NCBI GenBank assembly: GCA_051652765.1
Contig: JBOFUV010000112.1
Coordinates: 1-64,000 of the forward strand
Length of the DNA stretch: 64,000 bases
Direction: 5' to 3'
Source: Microcoleaceae cyanobacterium
Lineage (GTDB): Bacteria > Cyanobacteriota > Cyanobacteriia > Cyanobacteriales > Microcoleaceae
Below the pieces are notes generated by a model that searched no databases, was not told the DNA's origin, and was given only the letters and a program-made list of their open reading frames with translations. A program made the position numbers and the translations under genes. Of the stretch, positions 51,518 through 62,083 are shown piece by piece. Numbering within the stretch: the first letter of the stretch is position 1; each line of letters opens with the position of its first letter.

Positions 51518-52993
51518 TTATCCCTCTATTGACAAAAGCCTCTCAGGCAAACGGTCTTGCCGAATCAGGTCTTGATAAGTTTCTCGTTCTAGGACAACAT
51601 TATATTCTCCTCCTTGAACTAACAAAGCTCCGGGGCGAGGCAGACGATTATAGTTGGATGCCATGCTGTAATTGTAGGCTCCAGTCCCCATCGCAACAAG
51701 CAGATCTCCCGGTTGACACTGGGGTAATTGAGCAGTTTTAACGAGGATATCACCAGACTCACAATGTTTGCCTGCAATCGTGACAGTTTCTGTACAGGGC
51801 TCTGACATGCGATTGGCGACAACGACTCGATAGATCGATTGATAGGTGATAGGACGGGGATTGTCTGACATGCCGCCATCCACGGAGAGGTAAGTGCGAA
51901 TTTCAGGAACTTGCTTTTGCGCCCCTATGGTATAAGCCGTAACACAAGCAGACCCCACCAGCGATCGCCCCGGCTCACACAGCAGCTTTGGTAGGGGTAA
52001 TTGATGGTGTTGGCAAGCTTTCACAACGGATTCTGCAACGGTTTTAACCCATGCATGAATGCTCGGGGGATCATCTGCTTCGGTATAGCGAATTCCCAAC
52101 CCCCCGCCAATGTTGAGTTCTGTCACAGGCAAGCCAGAGTGGGTCGCTTTACTGAGGGCTTCTACCATGACCTCCGGCAAGTCAGCATGGGGTTGTAGCT
52201 CAAAAATCTGAGAACCAATGTGGGCATGGAGACCTGTGCAAGTTAGGAAGGGCTGTTGGCTAATGGCAGCAAAGACTGCGTCTAGTTGGTTCGGATCAAA
52301 ACCAAATTTGCTGTCCAAGTGCCCTGTGCGGATATATTCATGGGTGTGGCATTCAATTCCAGGGGTGAGGCGCACCATGACTCGAACTGGAGCCTGAATC
52401 GTTCCGTCCTGAATCAACTGGGACAGCATCTCCAAGTCAAGCCAGTTGTCTAAAACAACGGTACAGCGATGCTCAACTGCAAGTTGGATTTCGCTCCGGG
52501 CCTTATTGTTGCCGTGGAGGTAGAGTTTCCCCGGATTAACTCCCGCTTGTAGAGCTGTAAAAAGTTCCCCCCCAGAGACAACATCAATTCCCAGACCCTC
52601 ACTGGCTACAATGGCGCAAATTGCCAAGCAGTTCCAAGCTTTGGAGGCATAGAGGACGAGGGATTCACCTGGATAGTACTGCTGAAAGGCTTCTCGGTAT
52701 TGCCGACAGGCTGTTCGCAGGGTTGCTTCATCCAAGATGTAAAGGGGAGTACCAAACTGCTCTGCTAGACGCTGAACATCACACCCCCCAATTTCGAGGT
52801 GATCTTGTCCATTGACCCTGGCAGTTAGAGGCAGGAGTTCTTGGTTTGGGGAGGTGTCTGAGGTAGGATTTTGAGGTAAGTATTGAAGTCCAGAGTGTTC
52901 CACGGGATTCCTTGCGCTATGGATTTTAGTTTGAACGATGCACTTAGGCTTGATATAGTGATTCCCCTTGAATTGTGAACGTGGGGTGGACAT
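51518..52993 (-). CDS. lysA: Diaminopimelate decarboxylase
   Basis: YASKA, HGNNK, HAHIGSQ, IGGGLG, EPGRS, KHCESGD, GAYNYSM. The start may be downstream. Confidence 0.97.
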   Translation of the reverse strand: MSTPRSQFKGNHYIKPKCIVQTKIHSARNPVEHSGLQYLPQNPTSDTSPNQELLPLTARVNGQDHLEIGGCDVQRLAEQFGTPLYILDEATLRTACRQYREAFQQYYPGESLVLYASKAWNCLAICAIVASEGLGIDVVSGGELFTALQAGVNPGKLYLHGNNKARSEIQLAVEHRCTVVLDNWLDLEMLSQLIQDGTIQAPVRVMVRLTPGIECHTHEYIRTGHLDSKFGFDPNQLDAVFAAISQQPFLTCTGLHAHIGSQIFELQPHADLPEVMVEALSKATHSGLPVTELNIGGGLGIRYTEADDPPSIHAWVKTVAESVVKACQHHQLPLPKLLCEPGRSLVGSACVTAYTIGAQKQVPEIRTYLSVDGGMSDNPRPITYQSIYRVVVANRMSEPCTETVTIAGKHCESGDILVKTAQLPQCQPGDLLVAMGTGAYNYSMASNYNRLPRPGALLVQGGEYNVVLERETYQDLIRQDRLPERLLSIEG

Positions 52994-53150
52994 CTTGCCT
53001 GAGCAGGCTAGAAACCCGAACCACAGGCTTTCATAAATTATTTGAGGTTACTATAGCGAGCTTTAGTTCATCATTTTAGTCCATAGCTTTAGCTTATAAC
53101 TTCAGCTCATAACTTCAACTCATAACTTCAACTCCAGCTTTAACGAGTTC

Positions 53151-53831
53151 ATGCTAGAACTGCGACCTTTAACCCTAGACCAACTTCCAGCAGCCGTTGA
53201 ACTCGATCAGTGCTGTCTCGGGGGATTGTGGACATTGCAGGGCTATCAACGGGAGTTAGAAAGTCCCAATAGTGAACTGTTAGCCTGGGTACAGCAGGGA
53301 GTTCAGCGAAGAGAAACCCCTCTAATGGAGAAGCAAAACCCTAACTCAGCCCCCTTCGAACGGCCCATTTTTGAAGTTGGCTTAGAGGCTAACGGATCAA
53401 AACCAGTATTGAATCTTGCTGCCGAAGTCACTTTAACACCTCATTCCCAAAGCATTATTGGCCTAGGCTGTCTTTGGGCAATTCTAGAGGAAGCCCACAT
53501 TACGCTTTTGGCAATTCACTCTGACTATCAAGGTCGAGGCTTGGGTCAGGGGATGCTGTATGCATTGCTGCAATCCGCTTGGCAACGAGGGTTAGAGCGA
53601 GCAACCTTGGAAGTTCGAGCCTCGAATCACCCAGCCCTGTCTCTCTATCAAAAATTTGACTTTAAATTGGCAGGTCAGCGAAAAGCTTACTACCAAAATC
53701 CCACAGAAGATGCGTTGATTCTCTGGCGTAACGGCTTGCAATACCCCAGCTTTGTAGAAACATTAAAACTTTGGCGAAAACAGGTGAGCGATCGCTGGTC
53801 ATCTACATCCGTAAATCCTCGTCAAGATTAA
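53151..53831 (+). CDS. rimI: RimI-like GNAT acetyltransferase with internal insertion
   Basis: GGLWTLQGYQREL, EEAHITLLAI...QGRGLG, ATLEVRASN, YYQNPTEDA. Confidence 0.85.
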   Translation: MLELRPLTLDQLPAAVELDQCCLGGLWTLQGYQRELESPNSELLAWVQQGVQRRETPLMEKQNPNSAPFERPIFEVGLEANGSKPVLNLAAEVTLTPHSQSIIGLGCLWAILEEAHITLLAIHSDYQGRGLGQGMLYALLQSAWQRGLERATLEVRASNHPALSLYQKFDFKLAGQRKAYYQNPTEDALILWRNGLQYPSFVETLKLWRKQVSDRWSSTSVNPRQD

Positions 53832-54024
53832 TTTATTTTATTTTATTTTAATTAATCTTGTCATTTGTCTTGTCACTAAGCTGATCTGTATTTCAGCAGC
53901 TATTTTTAAGACTGAGCCGACAAAACCAGAATGCAAACCAAATTAATTTTATCCTGAAGCTTTCATTCTCTTTATAACACTTGATAAGTATTGCTTGTAT
54001 CTTTGAGATTTTTGGCGTATTTGC

Positions 54025-54052
54025 TTGCATCTCGAAGAAAACTTGCTATAAC
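54025..54052 (+). promoter_or_regulatory. Putative sigma70-type promoter
   Basis: TTGCAT-N16-TATAAC with extended -10 TG, about 260 nt upstream of the ORF at 54313. Confidence 0.45.
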
Positions 54053-54312
54053 TGGTATACGGGATTGTGATTAAGGATTCATTGTTGCCTCTGAGTTAAG
54101 ACTTGAGAAATCAGGGCTTGTTCGACCTGAAGATTGATTGGTCTGAAGCAATTTGTGTAATGTAGCCAAGCTTTCATACTATTTTTTATATCCCAAGTAA
54201 TGAATTGCCTGCTGTATCTAGATATCTGTTTTTTTTAATCCCTCTTTCTAGAAGAAAACTGGTATGTGAAGATGGCTGCCCAGTCGTTTAGGCACTTCTA
54301 TTTGAGCAACTT

Positions 54313-54579
54313 ATGCACCCACTGTTAGGCAACTCATTCGATAATACGTTTAGTTCAAAATATCTAATTCAAGTCAGTCCTCCGAGAGGGGCTCGTCGAG
54401 ATTTACCCAATGTTTATCCTCCAGGTTCAGGAACTAACTTACAAGGAGGAGAAATCATTCCGATCTTTCTTATATTTGCCCTGTTCTTAATCTGGGGTGA
54501 GAAACCCAAGAAAAAAGAAGAGAAGAAAGACGACATGCAACTCTTTAGGCGAATCACCATAGAGGAGCCCAAAAAATAA
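54313..54579 (+). CDS. Small hypothetical single-TM protein with Lys/Glu-rich tail
   Basis: IIPIFLIFALFLIWG followed by EKPKKKEEKKDD; co-oriented with its neighbours. Confidence 0.55.
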   Translation: MHPLLGNSFDNTFSSKYLIQVSPPRGARRDLPNVYPPGSGTNLQGGEIIPIFLIFALFLIWGEKPKKKEEKKDDMQLFRRITIEEPKK

Positions 54580-54750
54580 GCACGCCTATGCAGAATTCCT
54601 CTAGAGAATCCTTGCCTTAGGGAAAAAAATTGTAGAGTGAGCGTTAGTTAGTCTAAAATTTAGCTGAATCTTTATTAGGTAGTCTGAAGTTTAGTTAATC
54701 TAAAGTAATGATCAGCAAAACGCTCTGATCTACAGGGCAAATATTTAACC

Positions 54751-55167
54751 ATGGATTTTGCTACTCCCTTTCAACCAGGCCAAATCGTCTATTTGAAGCA
54801 TGGTGATTTCTGTTTGTATGCAGAAGCGATCCAAATTGTTCTGGAACGTCAAGTTTGCTGGGTGCGGCCCTTGTTAATGGTTAAGTTGGCCCCCGATCAA
54901 CTTAACCACAGTTTGCCCTCTCCAACAGAGCCGCAGTTTCTGTGGTCTGACTTGCGGCAAAGTCCCGATTTAATTTGGCCCTTACACTTATTTCAGGCCG
55001 CTTTGGATACTGAGGTAATCCCGCTATTGGCACAACTCAGCCCTGAAGATGAAAAAACAACTATTTCCCCGACTGCCCATCAACAACTGCGAGTCTTTAT
55101 TGATCAAATCTGGCATGACTATGCTGATGCTTTCCATCCGATGGAAACTCATGATTCAGAGAGCTGA
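54751..55167 (+). CDS. Conserved cyanobacterial hypothetical protein
   Basis: FQPGQIVYL...LYAEAIQ...RQVCWVRPL...DLIWP...ALDTEVIPLL pattern. Confidence 0.75.
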   Translation: MDFATPFQPGQIVYLKHGDFCLYAEAIQIVLERQVCWVRPLLMVKLAPDQLNHSLPSPTEPQFLWSDLRQSPDLIWPLHLFQAALDTEVIPLLAQLSPEDEKTTISPTAHQQLRVFIDQIWHDYADAFHPMETHDSES

Positions 55168-55187
55168 GAAAAGCTTGATCCCCAGCC

Positions 55188-56939
55188 ATGGTTCGTAAGT
55201 TTATCCGGTATCATCGTTACAAAAAATTCTGGATTACTCTTTTGGGAACTTTGATCCTAGGGAGTTTAACGGTTGCAGGCTACGTGTTTTCCGAACTCCT
55301 GAAATCTTCAACAGTTGAGCCATTAAACTCTGTAAAGCTTGAGTCGGTTCACACTAATCTCTCCAAACCAGTCGATTGGTTCACCCAGAATTCCCAACCG
55401 AGTTCCTGTGGCAGTCCAAGCAGCGGGCCAACAGATAATGCGATCGCTGCTTATTACGGTCAAGCCGCAGAGACTTGGACAGATCAAATCCGCTGGAACT
55501 GCGTTTACAACATCAATGATTTTCCAGGGTCAAACTTAGTCACTCGGTTTAATCTAGCGAGAGATGCAGCGACAAAAGCAGGAGGTGTTGTTTATTTCCC
55601 AGCAGGAACCTACATTTTTACAGATAGCATTATCCTAAAAAATGGCGTAATTATTCGGGGAGAAACACCAACAATTCCAGCGGCAATTTCACCCAGTTAT
55701 CGCCCAGAAACTCAATTTATTTTCCCTAAATACGAACCTCAGAACTCGGGTAATGGTACGCCAAATTCAACCGCATTTAAAAAAATTAAAACACAAGTAC
55801 CGACAAAAGATAGCAATATTGGGTTAGTGAATCTCGATATTAATCGAGCTGCAATTTCCATCTTGGATGATGTTCATAGCAGCCAGAATCAAACTGTTCA
55901 GAACCAAACTGTTCAGAATCAAAATATTATTATTTTCGGTATTCGGAGTAACAATGTTGCCGCTCCTGATCCAAAGGTTCCAGATCTTTCATTTCAAAAT
56001 TCTTGGCAGCGGTATAGCTATCGATTTGCCGCTAATATTGAAATTGCGGCCCTGCAGAATATACTCGTTGCTAATAATCGCTTGAATGACAACATTACTG
56101 ATAACTTTGAACAGCCCGGTTATCAACTCAAAAGCCAAGATAAAAAGTCAGTAATTACCTATAGCAATGGTAAAAAAGCAATATTTCACTATGGCAATCA
56201 TTATGGAATTGTTGTGAATCGGTACAGCAAAGGAGAAGGATTTAAACTTGCTGCGACCCCTCAAACAGAACCGGATTTATTCCGAAAAGGAATCGTGATT
56301 CAGGACAACTGGGTTTATCACACGATGAGGGTTGGGATTCAGGCTTCTGGACAAGGTTTAGTCATTAAAAACAACCAAATTAAGGACGAACCCAATAAAC
56401 AGTGGTGGCTTGATCCCACTGGAATGAAAGCAGCAACGGGCGCTGTAACCTTAGAAAATCGGGGCATTGATTGGTCAGGATGGAATGTTGTGATTGAAGG
56501 CAATCAATATGAAGTCTATCGCCATAGAATTGGCGATACAGGATATCTGAGTGTAGATGGAGAAGGTATTTTAATTCAAGAATGCTGTGGTGGAACAACG
56601 GTTAAGAATGCTATTATCCAAAAAAATCAAGGCAACGCTTATATTGGACTTTACAAAGTTCGGGAGATTGAGAGCGTTAAAATTGTCGATAATCAACTAA
56701 CAAACGCTGATATTTTAGTCCTGGCAGACACTAACGCTAGCCCCTATAGGATGAACAATCTTCAGATTATTAAAAATAAGGTTGATGGGAACATTATCGC
56801 GAAAGCAAGTCAAGGGGGTAAAGATAATTTAATCCAGAATAATTTTGGTAATAATCAAGGGAAAATAGAGCATTCTTGCCATATTCAAGTGATTGACAAT
56901 CAGGGATTTGAAGTTAAGCCTTGCAGTATTTTTAAGTGA
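55188..56939 (+). CDS. Membrane-anchored/secreted right-handed beta-helix protein (pectate lyase superfamily / GH28-related)
   Basis: N-terminal hydrophobic anchor, GGVVYFPAGTY...GVIIRGE cap motif, Asn-rich parallel beta-helix repeats. Confidence 0.8.
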   Translation: MVRKFIRYHRYKKFWITLLGTLILGSLTVAGYVFSELLKSSTVEPLNSVKLESVHTNLSKPVDWFTQNSQPSSCGSPSSGPTDNAIAAYYGQAAETWTDQIRWNCVYNINDFPGSNLVTRFNLARDAATKAGGVVYFPAGTYIFTDSIILKNGVIIRGETPTIPAAISPSYRPETQFIFPKYEPQNSGNGTPNSTAFKKIKTQVPTKDSNIGLVNLDINRAAISILDDVHSSQNQTVQNQTVQNQNIIIFGIRSNNVAAPDPKVPDLSFQNSWQRYSYRFAANIEIAALQNILVANNRLNDNITDNFEQPGYQLKSQDKKSVITYSNGKKAIFHYGNHYGIVVNRYSKGEGFKLAATPQTEPDLFRKGIVIQDNWVYHTMRVGIQASGQGLVIKNNQIKDEPNKQWWLDPTGMKAATGAVTLENRGIDWSGWNVVIEGNQYEVYRHRIGDTGYLSVDGEGILIQECCGGTTVKNAIIQKNQGNAYIGLYKVREIESVKIVDNQLTNADILVLADTNASPYRMNNLQIIKNKVDGNIIAKASQGGKDNLIQNNFGNNQGKIEHSCHIQVIDNQGFEVKPCSIFK

Positions 56940-56993
56940 TCTCCAACTTCTCATTCTGACATGTTTTGGAGGTGATTCAAAAAATAATTGAAC

Positions 56994-57881
56994 TCACCAT
57001 AAACTCAACTGAATTGATTCTGAATTAATTTGATCCCATGGCAAGGGGGGGACTGAAATTTTTTCTCGCTCTAATAAATGTTGAAAACAACGAGCGTTAT
57101 GGGGCGATCGCACTTCTAGGGGACAATGAACAAAAAAGTAGATTTGAGTTCCTTGGCTTAACCATTGGTTGATTTTCAGGCTCCACTCCTGCAAAAAAGC
57201 TTGGTTAACAGACATTTCAGGATGGGAAATAAAGCGAACCAGAGTGAAAGGAGCCGTAAGACAAAAAGGAACTGGAACATTTGGCTTTTTCCGCTCTAAA
57301 TTGATTAGAACTTCATCAGTTGGATTTAAGTAGATCGGGCGTGAGTCAAGGAGTACTCGACCAATTTTTAACTTTTGTAAAAGAGAATTCAGTTGAGTAG
57401 AATAAGGGTCTTGAAACCAATCTAGATGTCGAACTTCCAATGCTAAAGCAGTCCGATCTTGAGGCCAAGCTTCTAGGAAAACCTGCAAATCTTCTAAATG
57501 AGTTGGCGCGTATTGAGCAGGAAGTTGAGCAAAAATCGGCCCTAAACGAGTTCCCAAAGCCTGCATTTGATCTAAAAACTCTAAAGCTTGCGAAATTTTT
57601 GGTGCTAATAACCCTGTGTGGGTAATTTCTCTGGGGAGTTTGAGGCAAAACTTAAAATCGGCAGGGGTTTGTTCAATCCATCGAGATAGCGTTTTTAAAC
57701 TAGGAACTGAATAAAATGTTGTGTTTCCCTCAACGGTTTTGAAGCGATCGCCATATAGCTTGAGAAAATCAGTAGTTCGGCTACCGGGAGGATAGAACTC
57801 CCCAACCCAATCTTTGTACGCCCACACTGCACACCCGATCAAAAACTGTGGAGAACTGAATGTATCAGCAGAATATATCAC
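56994..57881 (-). CDS. DUF72 family protein
   Basis: IGCAVWAY, VEGNTTFY, KLPREITH, AQLP, ALEVRH, YFFVH. Confidence 0.93.
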   Translation of the reverse strand: MIYSADTFSSPQFLIGCAVWAYKDWVGEFYPPGSRTTDFLKLYGDRFKTVEGNTTFYSVPSLKTLSRWIEQTPADFKFCLKLPREITHTGLLAPKISQALEFLDQMQALGTRLGPIFAQLPAQYAPTHLEDLQVFLEAWPQDRTALALEVRHLDWFQDPYSTQLNSLLQKLKIGRVLLDSRPIYLNPTDEVLINLERKKPNVPVPFCLTAPFTLVRFISHPEMSVNQAFLQEWSLKINQWLSQGTQIYFFVHCPLEVRSPHNARCFQHLLEREKISVPPLPWDQINSESIQLSLW

Positions 57882-58051
57882 AGCAAGACCAATAAATTCC
57901 TTGCACTTGATCGTAACCCATAACCTGAATCTATGACTTAAGGAGACTTAAAGAAAAGTTTTGTAGACTAAAGTTTTGTAGCCTAAAATTCTGTAGAACG
58001 TTGCTAATCAAACACCCCCTTGACCTGAGCAACCCTAGAGATTTAGTATCC

Positions 58052-59359
58052 TCAGACTTCAATCTTGTCCAAGGCTTCATAGTATTGTTTTGCAATTGTT
58101 TCAGGGGTTAGCTGAGCTTCTAGATAACGCCGTCCTGAATTCCCCATCGTTTTTACCATCTCAGGATTGGCAACCATGTGACGAATAAACTGAGCAAGCT
58201 GCATTCCTGCCCCATTGTTAAAAGTGGCCCCACATTTTGCTTCTTTAATCAGTTGACGCAGGTAAGAATGAGGCTCACAAATGGCAGCAACAGGCCGTCC
58301 AGCAGCTAGAATTCCATACAATTTACTAGGCGCAACTAATCCTTCCATACCAACACTAACACTCACAAGGGACAGATCACAAGCTGTTAAGGAGTAAGGC
58401 AAATCTGCTTTTTCTTGGTAGTCTAAAAATAAGCAGTTTTCTAATCCCAATTCCTTGACCTTACTCATGCAGAATTCTCGTTTTGCACCCCCACCAATGA
58501 AAACAAATTGAACCGGTTCATCTTGAAGTTCTGTAGCTGCTTTCATGATAGTGTCCATATCATGGCAACGCCCCATATTACCCGAGTAAAGGACTGTGAA
58601 TTTGTTCACCAAATCAAATTTTTGAGCAAACCAATTTCTTTGTTTACTGAGAGGCTTGATTGAATTTGGATCAGCCCAATTGTGAATGACAGAAATTTTA
58701 TCTTCAATGCCGGGACATTTAGCTGTGATTCGATCTTTCATGGTTGAACTGAGAACAATGATCGAATCCGCCTTTTTCCAAACTTGACAATTCAACCAGT
58801 CCCAAAGCCTAACTAGCATGTGATTCTCTGAGAGAACGCCAAGCCCAACGGCAACATCAGGATACAAATCATAGAGTAAGCAGGCATAGCGCTGACCAAA
58901 ACAAAGATTCGCTAGATATCCCAAAATTGGCAAGTAAGGAGGTGCAGTAGTAATCAATAAAATCTGGGTTCGATTGACACTTCTCAACAAGCGCAGGGCA
59001 GTTCTGAAGCAAAAAAATAAACCATTCAGGGCTTTTCCTCGAATTCGATTTGACCACATACGAGAAGCACGAGTTCTTCGAACTGAAACTCCACTGCAGA
59101 CTTCTTTTTGAGGAGCAGATTCCTGCTGAAAAGCATATCCGGGTTGCCCAGTAAAGACTCGAACTTGCATCCCTAACTGCTGTAATTGCACTGCAAGTTC
59201 TGCAATCAGTTGCCCTGTAGCTGCGAAATCTGGTGGGTAAAATTGAGTGATGATTAAGAGTTGGCTAAGTTTAACGCGCTCTTGAGATGAACTGAATGTT
59301 TGCTCAAATGCATCATATTGCTTCAGACGAAATTGAGGCAATGTTGAATAGTTTTGCAT
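58052..59359 (-). CDS. GT4 glycosyltransferase (WcaI/WbuB-like)
   Basis: TQFYPPDFAATG, DLYPD, HNWAD, YSGNMG, PSKLYGILAAGRP. Confidence 0.92.
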   Translation of the reverse strand: MQNYSTLPQFRLKQYDAFEQTFSSSQERVKLSQLLIITQFYPPDFAATGQLIAELAVQLQQLGMQVRVFTGQPGYAFQQESAPQKEVCSGVSVRRTRASRMWSNRIRGKALNGLFFCFRTALRLLRSVNRTQILLITTAPPYLPILGYLANLCFGQRYACLLYDLYPDVAVGLGVLSENHMLVRLWDWLNCQVWKKADSIIVLSSTMKDRITAKCPGIEDKISVIHNWADPNSIKPLSKQRNWFAQKFDLVNKFTVLYSGNMGRCHDMDTIMKAATELQDEPVQFVFIGGGAKREFCMSKVKELGLENCLFLDYQEKADLPYSLTACDLSLVSVSVGMEGLVAPSKLYGILAAGRPVAAICEPHSYLRQLIKEAKCGATFNNGAGMQLAQFIRHMVANPEMVKTMGNSGRRYLEAQLTPETIAKQYYEALDKIEV

Positions 59360-60155
59360 GGTGACGTCTGTAGTAAGGTTGACGTTTATTGAAATCTTTC
59401 AATAGTCACTCCTTTCTACAAAGGTCTAGGAAAACATCCGGAACACCATTCAGTTTATTTTGAGGTTTTTTGTAGAATAAGCTCTTGATATTTGTGAGAG
59501 TTTTCTTATAAAAATCAAGGGTTTAACATCATTTCAATAAATATTGATTTGAGAAAACCCCAAATGTAATGAGTACAGGATAAAGCTTAACTAGATAATC
59601 TTAAAAGCTTTAAATTTAAATCTATTAAACTTAAATCTATTAAACTTAAATCTTACAGACTTAAATCCATAAAAAAAGAATCAACTATTCTAACTCTCCT
59701 AAGAAATTAGACCCTTGAAGATAGCCTAAATTTTCCGGATGACCAATTTAATAAATTGCGTTAAAACACGCTATTTCTATGAGAAGACGTTCTAATATAT
59801 AAAAACAAAAATTGATCAGAACAACCTACTGTCAGTAAGTCTCTAACTGACTGAAGTCTGGTTCAGATCCGACATAACATTAATCTACTTCGATTGATAG
59901 GCTGATATGACAATCAAGAATGTGTCATAAAATACCTGTAGTGCAAAAGTTCCTAATCAGTAACTTCTAGCAACAGTAGAATGCATGAAGAGAAAAGTTC
60001 TAGATTGCAATCACGCATAACAATCCCCCTACGGCTCCTGAAAATCTTTCAGTATTTGGATACTATCCTAGAATCCTTCTAGAAAAACAGGGGTCTATGT
60101 AAAATCTCACAGGGTGTTTTGTAAAGCTTTAGTGAAGTTCAATGTCTCGCGCAAC

Positions 60156-61196
60156 TTATCTTGCCTCTTGCCACAAATACCAACTTAAACCAGCGAGAAG
60201 GCAGCTTGCAAGAGTCACGTACAAGATTCCAATTGGAATTCCAGCAACGGCTAAAGCTAGACTGCCCACCCAAAACGTAAGAGCATAGATTACTAATACA
60301 CTGGAACGCTGTGATAAACCTGCTTTCAAGAGTCGATGATGGAGGTGTCGCTGATCGGGATAAAAAGGAGAGCGACCGTCGAACAATCGAGCTACAATCA
60401 CGGCTGACATGTCAACGATGGGAACTGCCAGAATCAGCAATGGCAGTGAAACAATGGTCAGAGCCGCAGTTTTCACAAGGCCAATAATACCAACTCCTGC
60501 AATGATGAAGCCAATAAAATAGGAGCCCCCATCCCCCATAAAAATTTGTGCAGGGTTGAAATTATAGCGGAGGAAACCAATCATTGCTCCGGTGAGGGCC
60601 GCAGCAATTAAAGCCGCCGCAGGTTGATCCATAAACAAACAAACAACAAGCATGACCCCCGCAGCAATGCCCGAAATTCCTGCTGCCAGTCCATCTAATC
60701 CATCCATCCAGTTGATTGCATTCACAACACCTGTCAACCAAATGACCGTAACGGGCAAGCTGAGCCATCCAATTTGGGTTAACCCTAAACCCGGTAGGGT
60801 GATGAATTCAATTCGAACTCCGACTAACCATACTAAGCTAGCAATACCGAATTGTAAAAACAGTCGAGTGAATGGTGATAACTTAAATAAATCATCAGCC
60901 AAACCAATGAGAAAAAATAAAAATCCCCCAATAACAACCCCCCAAAACTCCAATGATTTACTATCAGGAATAAATTCATATCTACCTAAAAACCATATCG
61001 CTATACTGGCTATCAAAGTGCCCAGGCAAATCGCAATTCCCCCTAGACGAACCATTGGCTTTTGATGTATCTTTCTGGGGTCAGGCTTGTCAAAATATCC
61101 GGTTCTGAATCCGATTTTTCTAATAACTGGAGTACTCAGAATTACAATAATGGCAGATAAAAAGCAGGCCAACCAAGGGTAAAACAGGGAATTCAT
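60156..61196 (-). CDS. MraY/WecA family undecaprenyl-phosphate GlcNAc-1-P transferase
   Basis: RKIH...RLGG, GLADD, NWMDGLDGLA, NFNPAQIFMGDGGS, HLHHRLL. Confidence 0.93.
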   Translation of the reverse strand: MNSLFYPWLACFLSAIIVILSTPVIRKIGFRTGYFDKPDPRKIHQKPMVRLGGIAICLGTLIASIAIWFLGRYEFIPDSKSLEFWGVVIGGFLFFLIGLADDLFKLSPFTRLFLQFGIASLVWLVGVRIEFITLPGLGLTQIGWLSLPVTVIWLTGVVNAINWMDGLDGLAAGISGIAAGVMLVVCLFMDQPAAALIAAALTGAMIGFLRYNFNPAQIFMGDGGSYFIGFIIAGVGIIGLVKTAALTIVSLPLLILAVPIVDMSAVIVARLFDGRSPFYPDQRHLHHRLLKAGLSQRSSVLVIYALTFWVGSLALAVAGIPIGILYVTLASCLLAGLSWYLWQEAR

Positions 61197-61507
61197 AGAG
61201 TAAAATGGTGGAGAGGAGTTGGAAAACGAAAAATCTACTCCTCTCTACATTCAGCTCAGTAAATATCCGGAGAAAGGCATTGAAAAAGCTTTTTTAGTAA
61301 ACTATTTTAGTAAACTATTTAAACTTTATAGAAAATAAAGATATGAACCTTTAAGATTCCTGATCCCAATTCATTCAGTCAGATGCAGTTTCTGGGAGTT
61401 GTAAATTTCCTATCTCCTATCAATCGTCATGTAACAACCCAAAGTGATTTGTAAAATGGGGTGAACGTGCTTCTTCTGGAGAACTTTTTCTCCCACTCCT
61501 CTCAAAT

Positions 61508-62083
61508 CTAATGAACTGACTGAACTGCCTGATCAATGTTCTCTTGCATCACTCGTTGCTTGATGGGCTGGGCCGGGTTGCCCACATAAATAGTCATCGG
61601 TTCCAGCGATCGCCCAGTTACACTCCCAAGTCCCAAAACCGCACCTCGACCGACCCGGACTCCTGGCCCAACTGTAGATCGCGCCGCAATCCAACTACTT
61701 TCTTCTAAGTAAATTTCCCCAGTAACTAACTGAAAACCAGGATGACTCCAGTCATGATTTCCGGTACAAAGGTAAACATCCTGGGATAGACAAACGTGAC
61801 TTTCAAGGGTGACGGAGACTAAATTATCGATCCAAACATTCTCCCCGATCCAAACATAGTCTCCAATGGTTAACCGCCAGGGAAACTTCACCCGAACTCC
61901 CGGCTTAATCCGCACACCCTGGCCAATTTTTGCTCCAAAACATCGGAGAATAAACACTTTAAACCCGGAAACGGGTAACCAATCGCTACGAGTCAGCAGA
62001 TCGCCGATAAAGAACCACAGAATTTGTTGAATTAGGGGAGCGCCGGGACTGTAAGCTCCAGTCGTATAGTTGCTTAAACGCAT
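61508..62083 (-). CDS. wcaF: WcaF-family polysaccharide acetyltransferase (LbH)
   Basis: MRLSNYTTG...LRCFGAKIG...KFPWRL...LCTGNHDW...GNPA. ATG at 62083. Confidence 0.88.
   Translation of the reverse strand: MRLSNYTTGAYSPGAPLIQQILWFFIGDLLTRSDWLPVSGFKVFILRCFGAKIGQGVRIKPGVRVKFPWRLTIGDYVWIGENVWIDNLVSVTLESHVCLSQDVYLCTGNHDWSHPGFQLVTGEIYLEESSWIAARSTVGPGVRVGRGAVLGLGSVTGRSLEPMTIYVGNPAQPIKQRVMQENIDQAVQSVH

Noticed and set aside
57900..61500. AT-rich glycosyltransferase region without HIP1 sites as a horizontally acquired island
   Set aside because: No integrase, tRNA or flanking repeats. AT-rich polysaccharide genes and a ~4-kb HIP1 gap are not sufficient evidence.
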